From: Amoeboaphelidium protococcarum X5
Lineage: Eukaryota; Fungi; Aphelidiomycota
Direction of reading: 5' to 3'
Assembly: GCA_023515725.1 (NCBI GenBank)
Contig: JALDTO010000200.1
Location: 124,001-188,000, forward strand
DNA length: 64,000 nt
Numbering within the stretch: the first letter of the stretch is position 1; each line of letters starts with the position of its first letter. Shown one piece after another: positions 10,806 through 24,743 of the stretch. Under the pieces are notes generated by a model. The model saw only the letters and a list, made by a program, of their open reading frames with translations. It had not been told where the DNA came from and did not search any database. The position numbers and the translations under genes are program-made.

Positions 10806-13800
10806 ATGGCTGATAGATAGCAAAATAATGCTTCTCCAAAGTTGAAGGATCACGAATATACCGGTAGGCAGATAAGTTAATAGAACAGTTCTCATCAAGA
10901 TGGTCATCATGGGATTAAGAATGAAGATGGCTCTTAATCTGCGTAAGTATCAAGTAAATCTACTGACCGATCATCAACGATAACAGCTTCTCAAGCATCA
11001 CCAACTACTCTTCATTCTTAGGCTGAGGTTGATCACCGATAATGGACCATCTCTGACATTGGTCATAATAGCATTGCCTCTGTGCTCAATGACCCCAATA
11101 GTACATCATCTCAATCTGCCCTCTCTGGCAAGAGTCTGTCTTAATTTGGTCATCGCATAGAGCAGTTGGCCTCTACTGCGTCATTAGGTCTCTTGCCTGC
11201 TGCTATTCCAAAGACGGTTATAAAGTAGATTAGGCTCAAGGATTTTACAGCCTACATTTAAAACGTTGATCAGCTCAGTGATCGATATACTGAAATTAAG
11301 CACAGTGTCAGTGATGGAGATCCTATCCTGTTTGAAGAGGAGGACGCAGAATAGGAGGCTATGGATGGAGAAGATGTGAATTCTACTGCTGCTCAGCATA
11401 GGAGATAGTTGAAGCATGAGCGTATTAAAGCAGTGGCAAAGAAGAGTGCCCACAAGGCAGATGCCATCAGCACTATACCATCCATATTTTTTCAAGAAGA
11501 TTTCAATCTTTAAGATCCTCGAACGTTCGATGCAGTCACTGAGTTTGCCAATGTTACCAGCGTTAATGTTGCTATTTAGCCATCATAATCAACAGAGTCT
11601 GACTCTAATTTTAAAAGTCACGGTAAAAGTGCACAAGATAAAACTACGAATGCAGTTCAGTAGGAAAAGCTTTCACACTATCTGGATACTGTGGAAGTGC
11701 ATTTGGTCGCTGAGATATCCTTGAGGTCACTGGAGTTCTTTTCTGCTTTATCCAACATCAAAACTCTGTAATAGACTACTGTAGAGTGCTTAGGTAGACT
11801 TCGCCAGTTGAGGTCATACCTGAAAGTTTTGAGTGACCGTCAGGCTAAGGAAGCGCTGCAGGTGGTGTAAAAGCGAAAGTTGCGTAGCACAGTCAATCAG
11901 GTATACGATGCCATCTGTCTTATTGATAATGTTAGAAAGACTTAGACCACGATCTAGATTTTACTGAATCATGGAGATTATGTTGGAGCATTAGATGTGA
12001 TTAGAGATACAGAGAATTTGTTAAGAGGGAGGAATTAGGTCGCCAGTTCTCCATAGTCAGATCAGTAGAAGGTATTGAGAACTCCTGTATATTTGAGTGC
12101 TGTGCGTGGTCTGGTTCATTTGCATTCTCAGTTGAATGAGATGATTAAACTGATTGGCAGTTTGATTGAGAATGAGTTTATTGACTTCATGATATCCGAT
12201 ATTGAGAAGAATTCATTGCACTACCAAAACTGGGCTCATAAAGTATTGGATACTCCTATGGATAAAAGTCAGTTGCTTGCAGATTATGATAATGCTGAAG
12301 AGATTCAAAATACTCGTATGAAGCTGTCTCCTTATATCAATGGTCTCATCCGAGTAGATATATTTGGTCACGCATTACAAGTGTTCCGAGATCGGGTAAT
12401 GAAGTATATAAAAGCTATCACCAAGCAGCATTTTCCTGCTCCATTACCAGATGAGCGTGGTATGACTTCAGATGATGGTCGCACAATTGACAATGCTCTG
12501 GCTAGAAGATTTAAAGCTCTCAGTTTTGATGATTTCTATCGACTGCTGTATAGTGTTTTTACTGCGCTGTTGATGTATCTGCGTAAACTCCATCTTAATC
12601 TTGGACTGCTGAGTGAGATTTTGATTGATAATCAACAGAAAGGGATTTAGATCGGTTCTAGTAGAGTGAAGAAGGAGAAGGATAGTTTCAGTAACGGAAG
12701 TAATATGTCAATGTCCGTATTACCAGAGTCTCCGGCCGTCGCCACTGCGGATACCTAGACCAAGTACTCGCAGATTCTCTCAGATGTATCTGATGTTCTA
12801 TTTGCGGCGGCTGACTTGGCTCATGTTAGATGTGGAAAGTTTCTGATGCTGAGACAGGAGCAGAATACTCAACTGAATATGAAGGATTTCTTTAAGCTGT
12901 TTGATTTAAGCTGGAGATTTATAGCGTGCGGAGAGGAGATGAGTGGTCGCGCTTGTATTGGACTTAAAGGATCTGTGTTGAGCCAGGCCAAGTCTTTTGT
13001 TCAGTACTTTCACATGGAGCGGATGAAGTAACTCACGTTCCTGATTGATGAAGAAAAATGGAGCCAGGCTGAAGTGCCTATTGATTTTTAGCTGATCGTG
13101 GACAAGATTTGTAATTCTACTAGGACAATTACTACTAGTGGTGGATATAGTGGGCACTCTCGAACGAAATCTCTTCTCACTAGGCCGGACATTGTGATTG
13201 ATCGAAATGTTGCTGACATTGTGAATAGAGAAGACAACGATGATAATGCTAGTGTGCGTACTGGTGTTCATACAAACATGTAATCATATCTGGTTATTGA
13301 TGATAAACATTATCATATAGTTCCTTGTGCACTGCTACTTGTAAAAATGCTTGATGAGTATCTTATATGCATTTAAAATGCACCCGCTCTTGCTCCAGAT
13401 GTATTAAATCGAATCGTAGATCTGGCCAAGTTCTTTAATAGCAAGACTAGTGGCATAATTGTGGGAGGTAATGCCGTGTCGACTTCCGTTCTAAAGAGCA
13501 TCACTGCCAAGCATTTGGCACTTGCTGGTCAGTCTCTGGGTCTTATGATTGCGCTGCTGCCGAAAATAAAATCTCAAGTTGAGAAAGCTATGAGTTCTAA
13601 ACAGCAGCAGGTAATGTTGCAGGAGGTTGATAAAGTTGTCACTGATTTCTCTAATAATCGCGAGTAAGTGTACTCGAGGATTACCCTGATCATGCAAGAG
13701 AGAGTCGCGTCTCATGCCTCACAAATACCTTTAATGGATTGGGAGTAAGATGTGGTGGCTGTTGATTCTTAAAGTGGTAGAGATGTATAATCTGGTGCTA

Positions 13801-14429
13801 ATTCTAACAGTAAAGACACACAGCAACCGGCGGAACTTGATGCGATGCCGTATATGAAGGCGCTGGTGAAGGAGACTATCAAGTTGCACAAGATTTTGCA
13901 CAAGTATCTGTTCGCGGAGAGACTTAGAGAGATTTTTGTACAGATATTCGATCTTTACAACAAGAAGCTCTCCCAAGAGTATTAGAAATTGGATATTTAT
14001 TCTGCAGGTGCCAAGAGCAGATTGCTGGCTGATGTGTAGTATTTTATCACAACGCTCTCCTCATTGGATAATGTCGACTCTGTTAGTAATGAGCTCGAAG
14101 TTGTGGTCAATAATATCCGCATCAAAGACAAGCGTGAGAGACCATCACCATCTCCATAGCCGTCTTTTTAATAGTAGTAGCAGATGTAGTAGTAGAAGGC
14201 TCTGCCTTAAATCGCCGTAAATCAATAGCCACTCTCAAGTTAATCAAAACCTGCTTCTGCCGCTAATCCTCTGCTAAGTTCTCTGTCAAATTTAACATCA
14301 AAGCAGTAGAATCAATCTCAAGACAATCTGGGTGTACCTGGTAAAAAGTTTGGATTCTCTGCCTCTTTTGCATCTTTCACGCGGATGTCTGGCAATAGCG
14401 TGAATGGTTCTAGTGATGCTAAGAAGTGA
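10806..14429 (+). CDS. VPS54: GARP complex subunit Vps54
   Basis: QEKLSHYLDTVEVHLVAEISLRS.EFFSAL and LKSITAKHLALAGQSL motifs in a single frame of about 1207 aa ending TGA. Confidence 0.92.
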
Positions 14430-14529
14430 TTTAACTATCTGTACAAGACTAGAATTTTGTATTTCCTTCAAGATTAGAAATAAGTAAAGCATTCTCTTAA
14501 TCATAGTTTTGTATTTACTTGAAATGTAA

Positions 14530-14946
14530 TCACATTGGCTCGCCAGTGTCAACGTAGCGAATGACTGGTACACGCACCGGATTACCTTCGAGATCAAACT
14601 TGGGAGCAGAGAACCGCTCCTAGTGATGATGATACGGCGACTGACCGACAGTCCATCCCTCGACATTTTTCATAATCTCTCGCTCCTTCTCCAGCTCTTC
14701 GTGTCGCCACTTCATCCACTCACGATCCCACTCTGATTAGAAGAGTGGAAGCAGGTAGAGACGAGCCCATAGCTTTTCCCGCTTCAACTCTTTACGCTCC
14801 CGCCAGATATCGCCAACCTTGAATAGACCGTAAATCATCGTCAATGTTATACCAAAACCAACGACAGCGGCAGAAATAGGCTTTATAGGTAGATTACGCC
14901 TAATTTTAATCTCTGGATAACCTTGCTTTGGCGGTAAGTCTTGCAT
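14530..14946 (-). CDS. NDUFA13: Complex I subunit NDUFA13/GRIM-19 (B16.6)
   Basis: MQDLPP..GY..I..RRNLP, RELKREKLWARLYLLPL(F)Q(TAA)SEWDR, IMKNVEGW.VG. Confidence 0.9.
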
Positions 14947-15380
14947 CTTTGATTGAAAACGTTTCCCCGTGTTATCTATTAACTCTCAGAATATAAAATA
15001 CTTAGAATATCCAGTAGAAGACTGACGAATACTCTCTAGCTCTTTGTAGTTTGTAATACAGTGTTAAATGTGTCGCCCGAAAAGGACCAAGACAAGGGAA
15101 CTGAAGAGAGAAAACTATAAACAGGAAGAATGGAAGCGAAATTGTCGCCCAGGCAAGTCCACATTCTTTCTCGCGCGTCTCGTTCTGTTCAATTACAGAA
15201 TCATTTCTCTTCTCTTTCTTCTTATCTTCCTCTTCTTCTTCTTAAAGGGTAAACATTTAAGCTGAACTATTCACTATCATTAGATTTGCATTTATGCTGT
15301 CTACCTGAATATAATCTAAGATTTTAATTTCTTTTTATATAGCACTTGAAATACGGAAATTGAGAATTTGAAGTTAACAG

Positions 15381-16730
15381 ATGTATGATTGGAAGTTGAT
15401 TTTGCAGAGTAGCACTGTGGCAGTGTTCTTATTTGAGGCTTACATCAAATGGAGGTAGTATCAGGTGCTGTCTGCCAACCCAAACATGAAGCCCAAGAGT
15501 GAAGTTGCTGCAGTGACCACAGAGAAGGATTTCTAGTCAAGTCGTGCCTATTCGTAGGATAAGATGCAGTTTGGATTCATTGTTAGTTTGTTTGACACTG
15601 CACTCTCACTGGCCACTACTCACTATGATCTTCTGCCAATGCTGTGGGATTATGCATGGACTGTGGTGCTTTATGGACTAGGTAAGTATTATGGACCTAT
15701 CAAGATTCGTCACTTGCCTCAAGATTATGAAATCACGCACTCTATCGTCTGGATTCTGCTCATTGTGGGCATGTAGACCGTGATTAAGTTACCATTTGGT
15801 CTATACCGAGAATTTGTGTTGGAGGAGCGTCATGGATTTAACAAGCAGACACTGGGACTGTTCATTAGTGACTTTGTCAAAGGATTACTTATATCTGTAC
15901 CTCTAATATCAGCTGTTCTCGGCGCCATTCTCTGGGTGATCAACAAGACTGGGGAGAGATTCTATGTGTATGTATGGTGCTTCCTTGTTGTATTCCAACT
16001 TGTGATGATCTTTGTGTATCCAACATTTATCTAACCACTCTTTAATAAGCTTGAACCTTTGGAGGAATCTGAATTAAAGACTCAGATTGAAGAGATGGCA
16101 TCGCAGGAGAAATTTCCACTCAAGAAATTGTTTGTCATAGATGGCAGCAAGAGATCCAACCACTCCAATGCTTATTTGTATGGATTTGGTGATAATAAGA
16201 GAATTGTGCTATTCGATACTCTGATAAAGTAGCTGAATAACAGTGAGATTGTCGCAGTGCTGTGCCATGAGATTGGTCATTGGAAGTACTCACATGCTCT
16301 GAAGATGATGGCTATTGGATAGGTTGATATATTTCTACAGTTTTATTTATTCTCTCTGATGCGCAAAGACTCTGTATCATTATGTTCTTCCTTTGGCTTC
16401 AGTTCACTCAAGATTGAGAACAGCTGTAGTACCATCATACAGTTGATGTTGTTTATGTCTCTCCTCAGTCCGATTGAGAGTCTGGTGCGATTCTTTTACC
16501 ATATGTACAGTCGCCATAATGAGTATCAGGCTGATGAATTCGCCGCACAGAAGGGGAAGCATCATATTGGTCATTTGAAATCTGCGCTGATCAAACTGTC
16601 CAAGGAGAACAAGTCCTGGTTGATTTATGATTCTGTATTCTCTGCATATTATCACTCTCATCCTGGAGTTATTGAGCGGGTGAAGAGATTGAATGAACTT
16701 GACACGCAGCTCAACGGTAAATCCAAATGA
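15381..16730 (+). CDS. STE24: CAAX prenyl protease 1 (peptidase M48)
   Basis: [32 protein letters not shown] zinc motif, [12 protein letters not shown]-like HSHP. Confidence 0.95.
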
Positions 16731-16855
16731 AATTGATAATACAGGAATAAAATTACTTTTTATCATATCAAAACATTCAATTATTCTCATTTCACCAAGT
16801 ACAACCAAAATTTCAAAGATTAAGCAGAGTTTTAAATACCAAAATCAACACACCA

Positions 16856-18541
16856 TCACCAATCTGACTTCAGGCGGCTCATGATGTCGTCCAGCGATTT
16901 ATGTAAATCATCATCATCATTGTTCGTCTGATTCAATCCATTGGGATTATATTCATTGGCCTTACCTGCCTTGATAGTTTCACCATCATCAAAAACAGTC
17001 TCATTGGAATGATTTGTGTCACTAATTTAAGCCTTGTAATTATTATCCACACTTGCCAAATGAGCAGAGATTCTAGGATCTAAATCTTAAGATGCCTATG
17101 GGTAATCCTTTGATGATTGCACCTTAGAGGCATCATTTTCTGTTGGGACATCTGCGAATTGAGCATTAATATCATCAATCTACTACTTAGACAATGATGA
17201 TCTTCTCCTGCTACTTTACGTCAATGGAAGGTCCAGATGTTGGTGTAGTTCTTACTCATCAACATTTGCAATTGGATCTAAAGAAGCTGAGCTTTAAAAG
17301 GCACTATCACCCTTATCAAAAGGCTTAAGCGCTAAGATAGACAATGCCTGATTAGGACCAACATTAGCCAGACCGGTTGATAATTCGCTTTAACTACCGG
17401 CGTTAGGAGCATCAACGACAGGCACAGATTACTGAGACTACTCAAAGAACACATTAAGAGGCAATTCAACCACGAGATCCTTGGAGCAGACGGCAGAGGC
17501 CACAACACGCACAATGTAAGTAATCTCCAGTGACTTGTTATTGACAATATAAAATTCAGTCGGAGGAACCAGCAGAGATAGTACAGTACCTCTGTTATCA
17601 AAATCATAATCCTTAGTGGAATACTACTGCTTTGCAATAACTTTGCGCATGAACTTGTTTGGCATATACTTATCTGCAGTCAGACGCGTAAAGGACTTCA
17701 ATCTTTGCACCAACTCCAAAGTAATAGCACCAACACCTCTGTTACTGTTATTAGACAGATTCACGCACACTTACGCATTTGAGCCAGCCTAGATCCAGTC
17801 ACTACGTAGCTTAGCACTCAACTCCACCTAACCTTTACCACCAAACATACCCCACTCATGACATTCACTGACCAAAGAAGTAGCGGTGCCAGCGCTCGGC
17901 TTTAGAACCAACTAGTGAACAACTATGTCTTTAGTTTAGCGGAGTACTTGAGGCTCTCCAAAGCTCTACCTAAACTCAATTACCACAACAATGCTGTAGG
18001 TGATTGAGCCAAGTCGTGTAGTGACTGATGGTGGCAGATCGGCAGGCAACTTGAACTAATACTTGAACCGAGTTTTGCCCTTCTTGGCACTCAAATAACC
18101 ATCAACATTCTCATTAGGCATCTAGGGAATCACAGCATCAGTCGGCGGAGTGTCCGGGGCCTAGATGATAAGCTTCTATTACTGAAAAACTTCAGTTCTT
18201 GTACCTTTACCAGCAGAAGGCGTATCATTAGGAACCATGACAGCACCGCACAACTACACGACAATGTTCTTGATCCCAATAGCATTCTTACCAACTTTAC
18301 ACTTGACATCGAAGCAGCCACTGACTAGAGAATCAGTTCTGAAGTCGGAAGCATCACTGTAAATGTGAATCTTCAGCTGTTTGTGGGAGGACTTCACCTG
18401 AGTAGTAGCTATATACAGAGGGTCTTCAACATTGGACGCCAGCGTATCTTGACTGTTATTCTGCTAACCGACACCTTGGTCACCTTCCGTCGTTATGGGA
18501 TTCACGGACCACTGCGATGCAGTCTAGACATTTCCTTTCAT
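16856..18541 (-). CDS. Arrestin-domain (alpha-arrestin-like) protein
   Basis: GKTRFKYQFKLPADLPPSV...GSITYSIVV arrestin-N pattern, a second beta-sandwich, and a low-complexity tail. One open frame under UAR=Gln. Confidence 0.75.
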
Positions 18542-18877
18542 ATCGAAATATACTTAAATTCAAGCTATTGATAGTCTTTAACCACAATATATGTATATTC
18601 TGCAAAATATGTATACTCTGACGCAAAACAACAGGGTGAAACAAAGTAAAACCTCCTTTGAAGTATTCAGTTCTATTGTAAACAAATCAATGATGACGCA
18701 CGCGTTGAAAACTGTTTTGAATCAACGCGATGACCCGCAGCGAAGCGTTTCACTCGTGCTTCTCTTTACCTATTCTCTCTCTTTCTCTTTGTACTGACTC
18801 TATCACCGGACGACATATCAGAAGAAAATCTGTAAAAATCTTTAGTATTGTCAATTTGAGTGGAGCTAGTGTAGAAT

Positions 18878-21691
18878 ATGGTGTCTTTTGATTATTAATT
18901 AAATAATTTGCTGGGAGCAGTGTACAAGAAGGGAAATGTCGTGTTTATGCCTGACAAGAAATCCCTGATCAGTCCTGTGGGTAACAAGGTATCGTGTTTT
19001 GATCTTGTTGGTAGTGTATCTTTCACATTCCCTTTCGAGACTTAGAAGAACATTGCCGTTATGGACGTCACTCCTGATGGACGATTCATAATGTGTATTG
19101 ATGAAGATGGACGTGCTATTATGGCTCATGTGTAAAGACGCGTCATTGTTCATCGTTTCACTTTTAAAAGTCGTGTTACTGCCATGAAGTTCAGTCCTGA
19201 TGGTATGTATATTGCTGTTGCTCTGCATCGTAAACATATGGTTTAGATATGGAAAACTCCACTTTATAATAATAAAAGAGGAATTGATGGCTTTGGCACC
19301 ACTGATGGAGGATCTTTTGAGGTTGAGATGGACTTTGCGCCGTTTTCTCTTCATCATCAACATTCGGGACATCAAGACGATATCTGTCATTTCACCTGGT
19401 CCAGTGATGGTTAGATGCTTATTTCTGCTGCGAAAGATATTACCATAAGGCTATGGACTCTACACACAGTTGAAGATTATAAGCCGTTGGTTTTGAGTGG
19501 ACACCGTGATACTGTGGTTGGCTGCTGGTGGAGTGAAGATTATACACAAGTGTACAGTGTTGGCAAAGATGGTGCATTATTCATTTGGAATTCTATTAAT
19601 AATGATGATATGAGTCGGTCTGCGTTTATACCCGCCGAATGTACGTTGAAATTGCATTAGAAGCATTATTTTGCTTAGAAGGGGGAATATGGGACGGCTC
19701 AGGCACGATGTGCTGATTTTCATGCAGAATCGAAACTGTTAACGGTTGGCTTCAGTAATGGCGTATTTGCTCTGTATGAACTGCCAGACTTCAATCTTAT
19801 TCATACGCTGAGCATATCTTAGAAGAAGATTGATACTGTCACGTTTTCTCTAACTGGTGACTGGATAGCTTTGGCATCATCTACACTTGGATAGCTGCTT
19901 GTCTGGGATTGGAAATCTGAGTCGTATGTTATGAAATAGCAAGGACATTATTACGATATGAATTGTGTTGCGTATTCGACTAATGGACAACTGATGGCTA
20001 GTGGAGGCGATGATGGTAAAGTGAAAATTTGGAATGCCAACACGGGCTTTTGCTTTATCACCTTTTAAGAGCATTAGAGTCCTGTCTCGGCAGTGTGTTT
20101 TGCTGGCAAGCAAGGTGGCAAGTAAAGTATTGTGTTCAGTGCAAGTTATGATGGAACTGTGAGGGCTTACGATCTTGTGAGATATCGTAACTTTAGAACG
20201 TTTACGGCACCGTAGAGAGTGCAGTTTTCCTCTATCGCCGTAGAACCGAATGGAGATATACTGTGTGCTGGCTCTTTGGATAGTTTTGAAATATATGTTT
20301 GGTCTGTGCAAACGGGAAAGTTGTTAGAAGTCCTACCCGGTCATGAGGGTCCTGTAAGTTCTCTGTGCTTCTCTCCTGAGCCTATAGTGCCAGACAGTGG
20401 ATGCTATCTGTATAGCGCCTCCTGGGATAAAAGTGTGAAGATTTGGGACATTTATAGTCGTGGCGAGGGAACGAAATGTATTGAGACTTTTAAGCACAAG
20501 TCTGATCTATTGGCAGTTACTGTGAGATATGACGGTAAAGAGGTGTGCTCAGCTACTCTGGATGGTCAGCTGCTCTTCTGGGATCCTCTGAGTGGCGAGC
20601 ATTCTAAACGTGTACAATTGATTGAAGGGCGTCGTGATATTGTAGGCGGGAGAAAATCTTACGATGTGAGGACTGCTGCAAATTCTGCTCAAGATAAGTA
20701 CTTCACTACAGTTTGTTATACAGCAGATGGAGCAGCTGTTCTTGCGGGCGGAAATTCGAAATATGTCTGCCTTTATGATTTGAATAATCATGTTCTGCTC
20801 AAGAAGTTTTAATTGACGCGTAATTTATCATTGGATGGAGTCTAGGATAAGTTGAACTCGAGAAATGTCACCTAAGCTGGCGTTGTCGATCTGAATGATA
20901 GTGGTGATGAAATGAGTGATTTGGAGGATCGTTTGCAATAGCGTCATGCTTTACCTGGTGCTTAGAAAAATGACCGCTCTTCTAGGCGTACTAAGCCGGA
21001 CATTAGATGTAAGGCTTTGCAATTCAGTCCTGTTGGTGCGTCTTTTGCAGTAGTCACAACGGAAGGCTTGATGGAGTACGCAGTTAGCGAATCGACATCC
21101 TTCGATCCAGTTGACCTCAGCGTGGATCTTACACCCGACAGTGTGATCAACATGGTTAGACGGTTGAAGAAAGGTATATAATCCAATTCAGATTCATGGC
21201 AACTGGCTCTTACCATGTCTCTTCGGCTTGGAGAAGTCGGTCTTATGCAGTTTGTGTATGAGAGCGTGCCTGTAGACTAGATTGAATTTTTAGTCTAGAA
21301 TCTACACACACGTTACATCTGCAGTCTATTGAGATTGATTGCCTTGCTATTAGATCAACAGAATGGTGATACAATAGCTTAGATGAACAAAACTGCAAAG
21401 TCACCTCATATCCAGTTCCATTTGGTATTCATTTAATCGCTGCTATATATTCATGGCGAGTTCATCCGTAAATCTTACGGTAAAGTGGATTACTCGGTAA
21501 ATGAAGGTATTTTAAAGGCTGGCTTGAACGAAAAATCATCCATACAAGTAGTGATGCGCGTAATCAAGAAGCATTTATAACAGTTATAGACTGATGTAAC
21601 ATCACTTGCTCATTAGAATCTATATACAATTGAGTATTTGAGAAAGCAGTGTCTTAAGAGCGAAGGGGTAGATTAAGAACTGATACTTTGA
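18878..21691 (+). CDS. PWP2: Periodic tryptophan protein 2 (Utp1), SSU processome WD40 protein
   Basis: NLLGAVYKKGN, LISPVGNKVS, QQGHYYDMN, DGTVRAYDL.RYRNFRTF, AGGNSKYVCLYD. Confidence 0.96.
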
Positions 21692-21727
21692 TTGAAATTA
21701 GAATAATCGAATAGATTAACACAATCA

Positions 21728-22156
21728 TCATTAAAAAGCATCTATCATGTTTTACACGTTATCTTTACATTGCTGTATGCTGTTGCAGACAGTATCTCCA
21801 TCGACAATAAGCTCGTTTAAAATTAGCAAGATTTGTGGCAATCGTTCAATAAAATCAATCTCTGCAATACGTCCCATGCACCCAGCCAACACCTCCATGA
21901 AAAATTGTATCCATTCAAGCCATTTAAAACATTCTCCACTTACTCCACTTCTATCGATAATGACCATTATGAACAAAGGTCCATAATTTCTATATACAGC
22001 TATAAATTCATTATGATAAACAAATGGCAAATCATTAGGCCGTCTATCCAAAATGCAGTCCATCAGTTGATCAAGTACCGGTAGTCGCTTCTCATTGTCA
22101 TACACTCTGCGTAACCGCATCTATTTGAAGTGATTAAAAGCAACAATTTAATTCAT
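21728..22156 (-). CDS. Divergent adaptin small (sigma) chain, most like AP-4 sigma
   Basis: 142 aa longin-type pattern: MRLRRVY, FIAVYRNYGPLFIMV, IQFFMEVL...RIAEIDFI..L..ILNELIVDG. Confidence 0.7.
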
Positions 22157-22566
22157 ACCCTTCAAGAACAGTAAGTATTAGCAGTACAGCTCAAATTGAA
22201 ACACAGATGAAGATCTATAAGGGAAGAATCGTACTCAATCGAAGGAGTAACACAGTCACAAACGATGGCTTCACCGAGCATTCGAAACAGCAGGATCATT
22301 TTGAAATGCGAAGCTCAAACAAGCGACGAACGACAATTACTGTAAAGCGGATCGATTCGACGCGTCGCCGACGATTCGTGATTCGCCAAGTTTCAAAGTC
22401 CGGCCTGCCGTTCACACAGCCAGTAGTCACAAAGCTTAGAATAGAACAGTCGGCCTATTCACTATTGTATTTTGTATCTCTCTTCTTCCCAAATTGCTTT
22501 TTGCTGTCACTCTGAAATAAATTACATTGATTTTACTTGCATTATCTTTTACTTACTTTGAAAAAC

Positions 22567-24507
22567 ATGTTTAGAAATTTCTCGTTGGACTCTCTGCCTT
22601 CCCAACTGTCTGGATCAAGTCTTCATGACTCGGAAGGTAATAATGATACTGTGGCACTTGGAAGCGATGCTGAACTGGCTGGAAAGTCTATTCAACATTC
22701 CAAAGCGGTTACAGACTAGCTTGAGGCAAAGAGAGATGGTAAGAACAATGGTGATAAGTCAGAGAATGAGGAGTCTGACACCAAAAAGATCCAGTTCAAT
22801 GCGCAAGTTGTGAAAGCCGGCGACTTTGAGAGTGAGAAGCATTTCTATCCGCGAGTGCTTAATGCTCAAATCCACCCGCTGGTTGCCTACTTCTTCACGC
22901 TGGGCAATGAGAGGATTATTGCGCGATTCACGCATCTGAATCCTATGGTGAATGAAGAGAAGCTGCGTGAAATCTTCAATTATCGCCCGCAGTATTTTGC
23001 CTGGGCCGGCTCTGACTTATTTAATGTTACCAATGCAGAGGGGCATCGCCAGATGATTGTCATTGAGACCAACAGTTGTCCATCGGGCTAGAAGAGCATG
23101 CCACTTCTGGTGGACCATGAGGAGTATGGTGGCTATGGTATTGTTCTTGAGCATACATTTAAAGGTATTCTGTCTTAAACCGATCCTTAACTGGGCCGCC
23201 TCGCTGTAGTGTATGACAAGAATGTCATGGAGGCTAGTGGATACGCTGCTGTTATGGCTGATGTAATGAAGGAGGAAGTATTGCTGGTTGAATTCTATAT
23301 CAATGATCCTGATCCTCCTGTCAAGTGGGTGGATCGATTGATGCATGTCCGAGATTCTCAACAATAATGGCACCCAGTACGCGCCTGTTTCCGCTATGTC
23401 ACTTAAAAGCCATGGAATAGGTTCCCTATCTACTCCAAAACGCTGGTGCTGAATAGCATAGTATCATGTCTGGCTGGTGGTAGAAATAAGATGATGGCTG
23501 CAAGAGCATATGAATTCTATAACGCTGAGCTGTAGAGTGAAGGAACAGGGCTTCAGATTCGTATTCCAGAAACCATCCGCAAAGTTACCAAGAGTGAGAT
23601 ACCATTATGGGTGTAGACTATGGGCAACCATGCTGTGGTTAAGAATCCTTATTCAAATGCTGGGCAGGGTGTTTACACCATTACTAATAAGCATGAGTTG
23701 GACAATTTTATGCGTGAGGAGCATCATTACGATAAGTTTATTGTTTAATCGTTGGTTGGCAATGCTTCATGGTCTTCTGTTACACGCTCAGGTAAGTATT
23801 ATCACGTTGGTCTAATACCGAATAAGAAGTGTCATACATATGTCTCAGATCTTCGTGTTATGGTCGCAGGGAGTAGTGTTGGGGAAGGATTTAAGCCCGT
23901 GGCGGTGTATGCTAGGCGTGCGCGGAAGCCCCTGCTCAAGTATCTGGAAGATGATCCGTCTGTTAGTTCGTGGGAGATGCTTGGTACTAATTTGAGTGTA
24001 AAGTTGAATCCGGAAAATGGTGATGGCTCCGGCGTGCCTTAGTTCACAACGGAAGCTCAAAGATTATTGCTTATGGACCGTAAAGATTTTAACACTTTGG
24101 GCTACGGTGTAGATGACCTTATTGATGCATATGTTCAGACTGTTCTGTCTGTGATTGCCATTGACAAGATGTGTTGCCGCCTCATGAAAGAGACTAAAGT
24201 TGATCCTGTATCAACCAGTTAAGAAGCTCATTAATAGCGGCGTCAATCGTCAGAACTCAATGTTTTACAAAGTAGCAGCCAAAGTGGCGGAAGATTTGGC
24301 AAAAGAGGATCTGAACATTGTCTCACTTACAGTGATAACAAAAAGAATTAACAATAGCATCAAGCAGGGGACATGACTTTTGGGTCGTCTATTATGCATT
24401 CTGGAGAATGTAATCAAAGCAGCGACCAAATCCGGCGTACATTTGATTGGGAGTTGTTTGAAGCTTTGAATCCAGATCCTGCTTTACTCGATGAAATTAT
24501 GCTATGA
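22567..24507 (+). CDS. Uncharacterised ATP-grasp-fold protein, probably circularly permuted
   Basis: [59 protein letters not shown]. One frame of about 646 aa ending TGA. Confidence 0.7.
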
Positions 24508-24743
24508 CCCATGAAAGGAATAGACTTCAAAATATTGCTTTTTAGAACAGATAACCGCTTTATTGAGACCATCATTAATGAAAATTTGTTGGTCATATAG
24601 CGTTTAAAGTGTCGTTATAGTTCACATCTCTTGCAAATGTCCTAATCAGTCAGCATCAGAGAAATCAAGTTTCAAGTTTCTTCAACTAGAAAAAATCAAA
24701 TTCATTCAATATAATACCCACCAGTCATCATTATTCACCAGAG

